Assembly (NCBI GenBank): GCA_003489085.1
Contig: DNJM01000050.1
Location: 22,549 to 48,963, forward strand
From: Lachnospiraceae bacterium
GTDB lineage: Bacteria > Bacillota > Clostridia > Lachnospirales > Lachnospiraceae
DNA length: 26,415 bases
Direction of reading: 5' to 3'
The position numbers and the translations under genes were made by a program. Positions within the stretch are counted from its first letter, which is position 1. Every line of letters begins with the position of its first letter. Below are positions 25,151 to 26,415 of the stretch, in pieces. The notes under the pieces were generated by a model. The model was given only the letters and a program-made list of their open reading frames with translations. It was not told the DNA's origin and did not search any database.

Positions 25151-26317
25151 CTATTCTTTAATTCCCAAAACCCCCAGCTTCTTCAAATACCAATACAGTT
25201 CTTCCGAATACTGTACCATAATGATGTCATCCAACTTATAATGCCAAAGAAAATATTCTTTGTTTTTATGATAACCCTCTAGCGGCTTTCTGGCAAAATA
25301 GATGTAACGGGTATCACTATACCGAATCCCCCCTCTGCCTTCAAACATAACATCATCCCCAAATACTGCGCATTCATAAATCTCTTCCCATGTCCAATGA
25401 ACCTTTTTCCACTTTTTCCTACATTCAATTCCTGTTTTACTCACTTTAATTTTCTGAAAAAATTTTACTGAATAAAAAATCACATAAAATAGATACAGTA
25501 GCCAAATAGTGCTAGCGATATCTGCTACATGTTCCAAATTGGTAAACTCTACTAAGAACAAAGCAATAAAAAAAATCAGGTAACTTCCATCAAATAAATG
25601 CTCTATCAGCCATCTCATTCCCCGCTTCCAGCTTAAGAAGTATACCAGTTGGTTTTCCAGATCAACTTCTTTTTTCTTTCTCTGATCCAGAGGGACAATA
25701 CGATCTTCTATTCCATACTGGAACTGTTCTTGCTTTCTTTCGCCTAATTGTTGGAATTCCGTATATAGCTTCACATACAGTTTATCTGAATATGGAAAAA
25801 CAATGATACCCGGCGACAGAAACTGCGCTATGTATATCTTGTTTTTTTCTTCCGCAGAAAGCCTTCTTTTACTGAAATAGATAAATTTCTTCATATATTT
25901 TCTCTCTTTTTTCTGTAAAAAACGTTCTTCCTGAGACGGCAGAATAACATATTCTTTCCCTACAGCATTCTTATCATTCCAGCCAATTCCCCACTCTTTT
26001 AATGCATCCCAGGCTATATACTGCTTGGTTTTCCACAAAAATTTAAGATAGATTCCATCCTCCTGAATGATCGGGATATGTGCTTCTCTGTACGCCATAC
26101 GCAAAAAATACCACGCCATTCCTCCTGTGAAAATTCCAAATACAGCCATATTAATCTTAAGCATGAAAAGATAAAGAAATTCCCCCTCAATCATTGTATC
26201 AAAAACAAAAACTATTGATATCACACACAAACCTCCAAAAAGACCTATGAATAATACATAAACAATTATATCCACCAAAACAGAAATCTTATTTACTTTT
26301 ATATCATTTGTTTTCAT
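25151..26317 (-). CDS. Hypothetical membrane protein built from two [2 TM + PH-like domain] repeats
   Basis: AAGGAG RBS; AT-rich; two pairs of hydrophobic helices, each followed by a similar soluble module (see findings). Confidence 0.8.
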   Translation of the reverse strand: MKTNDIKVNKISVLVDIIVYVLFIGLFGGLCVISIVFVFDTMIEGEFLYLFMLKINMAVFGIFTGGMAWYFLRMAYREAHIPIIQEDGIYLKFLWKTKQYIAWDALKEWGIGWNDKNAVGKEYVILPSQEERFLQKKERKYMKKFIYFSKRRLSAEEKNKIYIAQFLSPGIIVFPYSDKLYVKLYTEFQQLGERKQEQFQYGIEDRIVPLDQRKKKEVDLENQLVYFLSWKRGMRWLIEHLFDGSYLIFFIALFLVEFTNLEHVADIASTIWLLYLFYVIFYSVKFFQKIKVSKTGIECRKKWKKVHWTWEEIYECAVFGDDVMFEGRGGIRYSDTRYIYFARKPLEGYHKNKEYFLWHYKLDDIIMVQYSEELYWYLKKLGVLGIKE

Positions 26318-26415
26318 GCTCTGCTCCTTTATGAGACAAGCCTTTTCACAATGGATCTTTGGTCTAAAAGTCTTGTCCCGCTATGACTATATTTTAAAAT
26401 CATGAGTACTGTCCC

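Noticed and set aside
1-26415. CRISPR array, tRNA/rRNA genes, IS elements, prophage genes
   Set aside because: No regularly spaced direct repeats, cloverleaf or rRNA-like sequence, transposase, integrase or phage protein was seen; nearly all of the window is accounted for by the listed CDSs.

Overview
This window looks like Clostridia (Lachnospiraceae-like) chromosomal DNA; that is judged from gene content, sigma-A promoters and GGAGG ribosome-binding sites. The left ~18.3 kb is mixed housekeeping and metabolic genes: a partial sugar-phosphate isomerase/epimerase, a membrane hypothetical, a GNAT acetyltransferase, an archaeal-type aspartyl-tRNA synthetase, a MATE pump, a PadR + FtsW/RodA-like pair, a GH36 alpha-galactosidase, an AraC regulator with a divergent Cys-rich protein, a lone carB, pruA/rocA, truA and a MalY/PatB PLP enzyme. 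The right ~8 kb is visibly AT-richer. It carries a complete, translationally coupled Wadjet (jetABCD) anti-plasmid operon, preceded by an unknown membrane protein with an internal duplication. The most notable unannotated signal is upstream of aspS. There is no recognisable T-box there. Instead a 16-codon leader ORF (MRNQRLFTELNRDDDR) with three tandem Asp codons is followed by mutually exclusive hairpins ending in an intrinsic terminator, which suggests a ribosome-mediated Asp attenuator. A second candidate structured RNA fills the 5' leader of pruA. No rRNA, tRNA, CRISPR array, transposase or integrase was seen.
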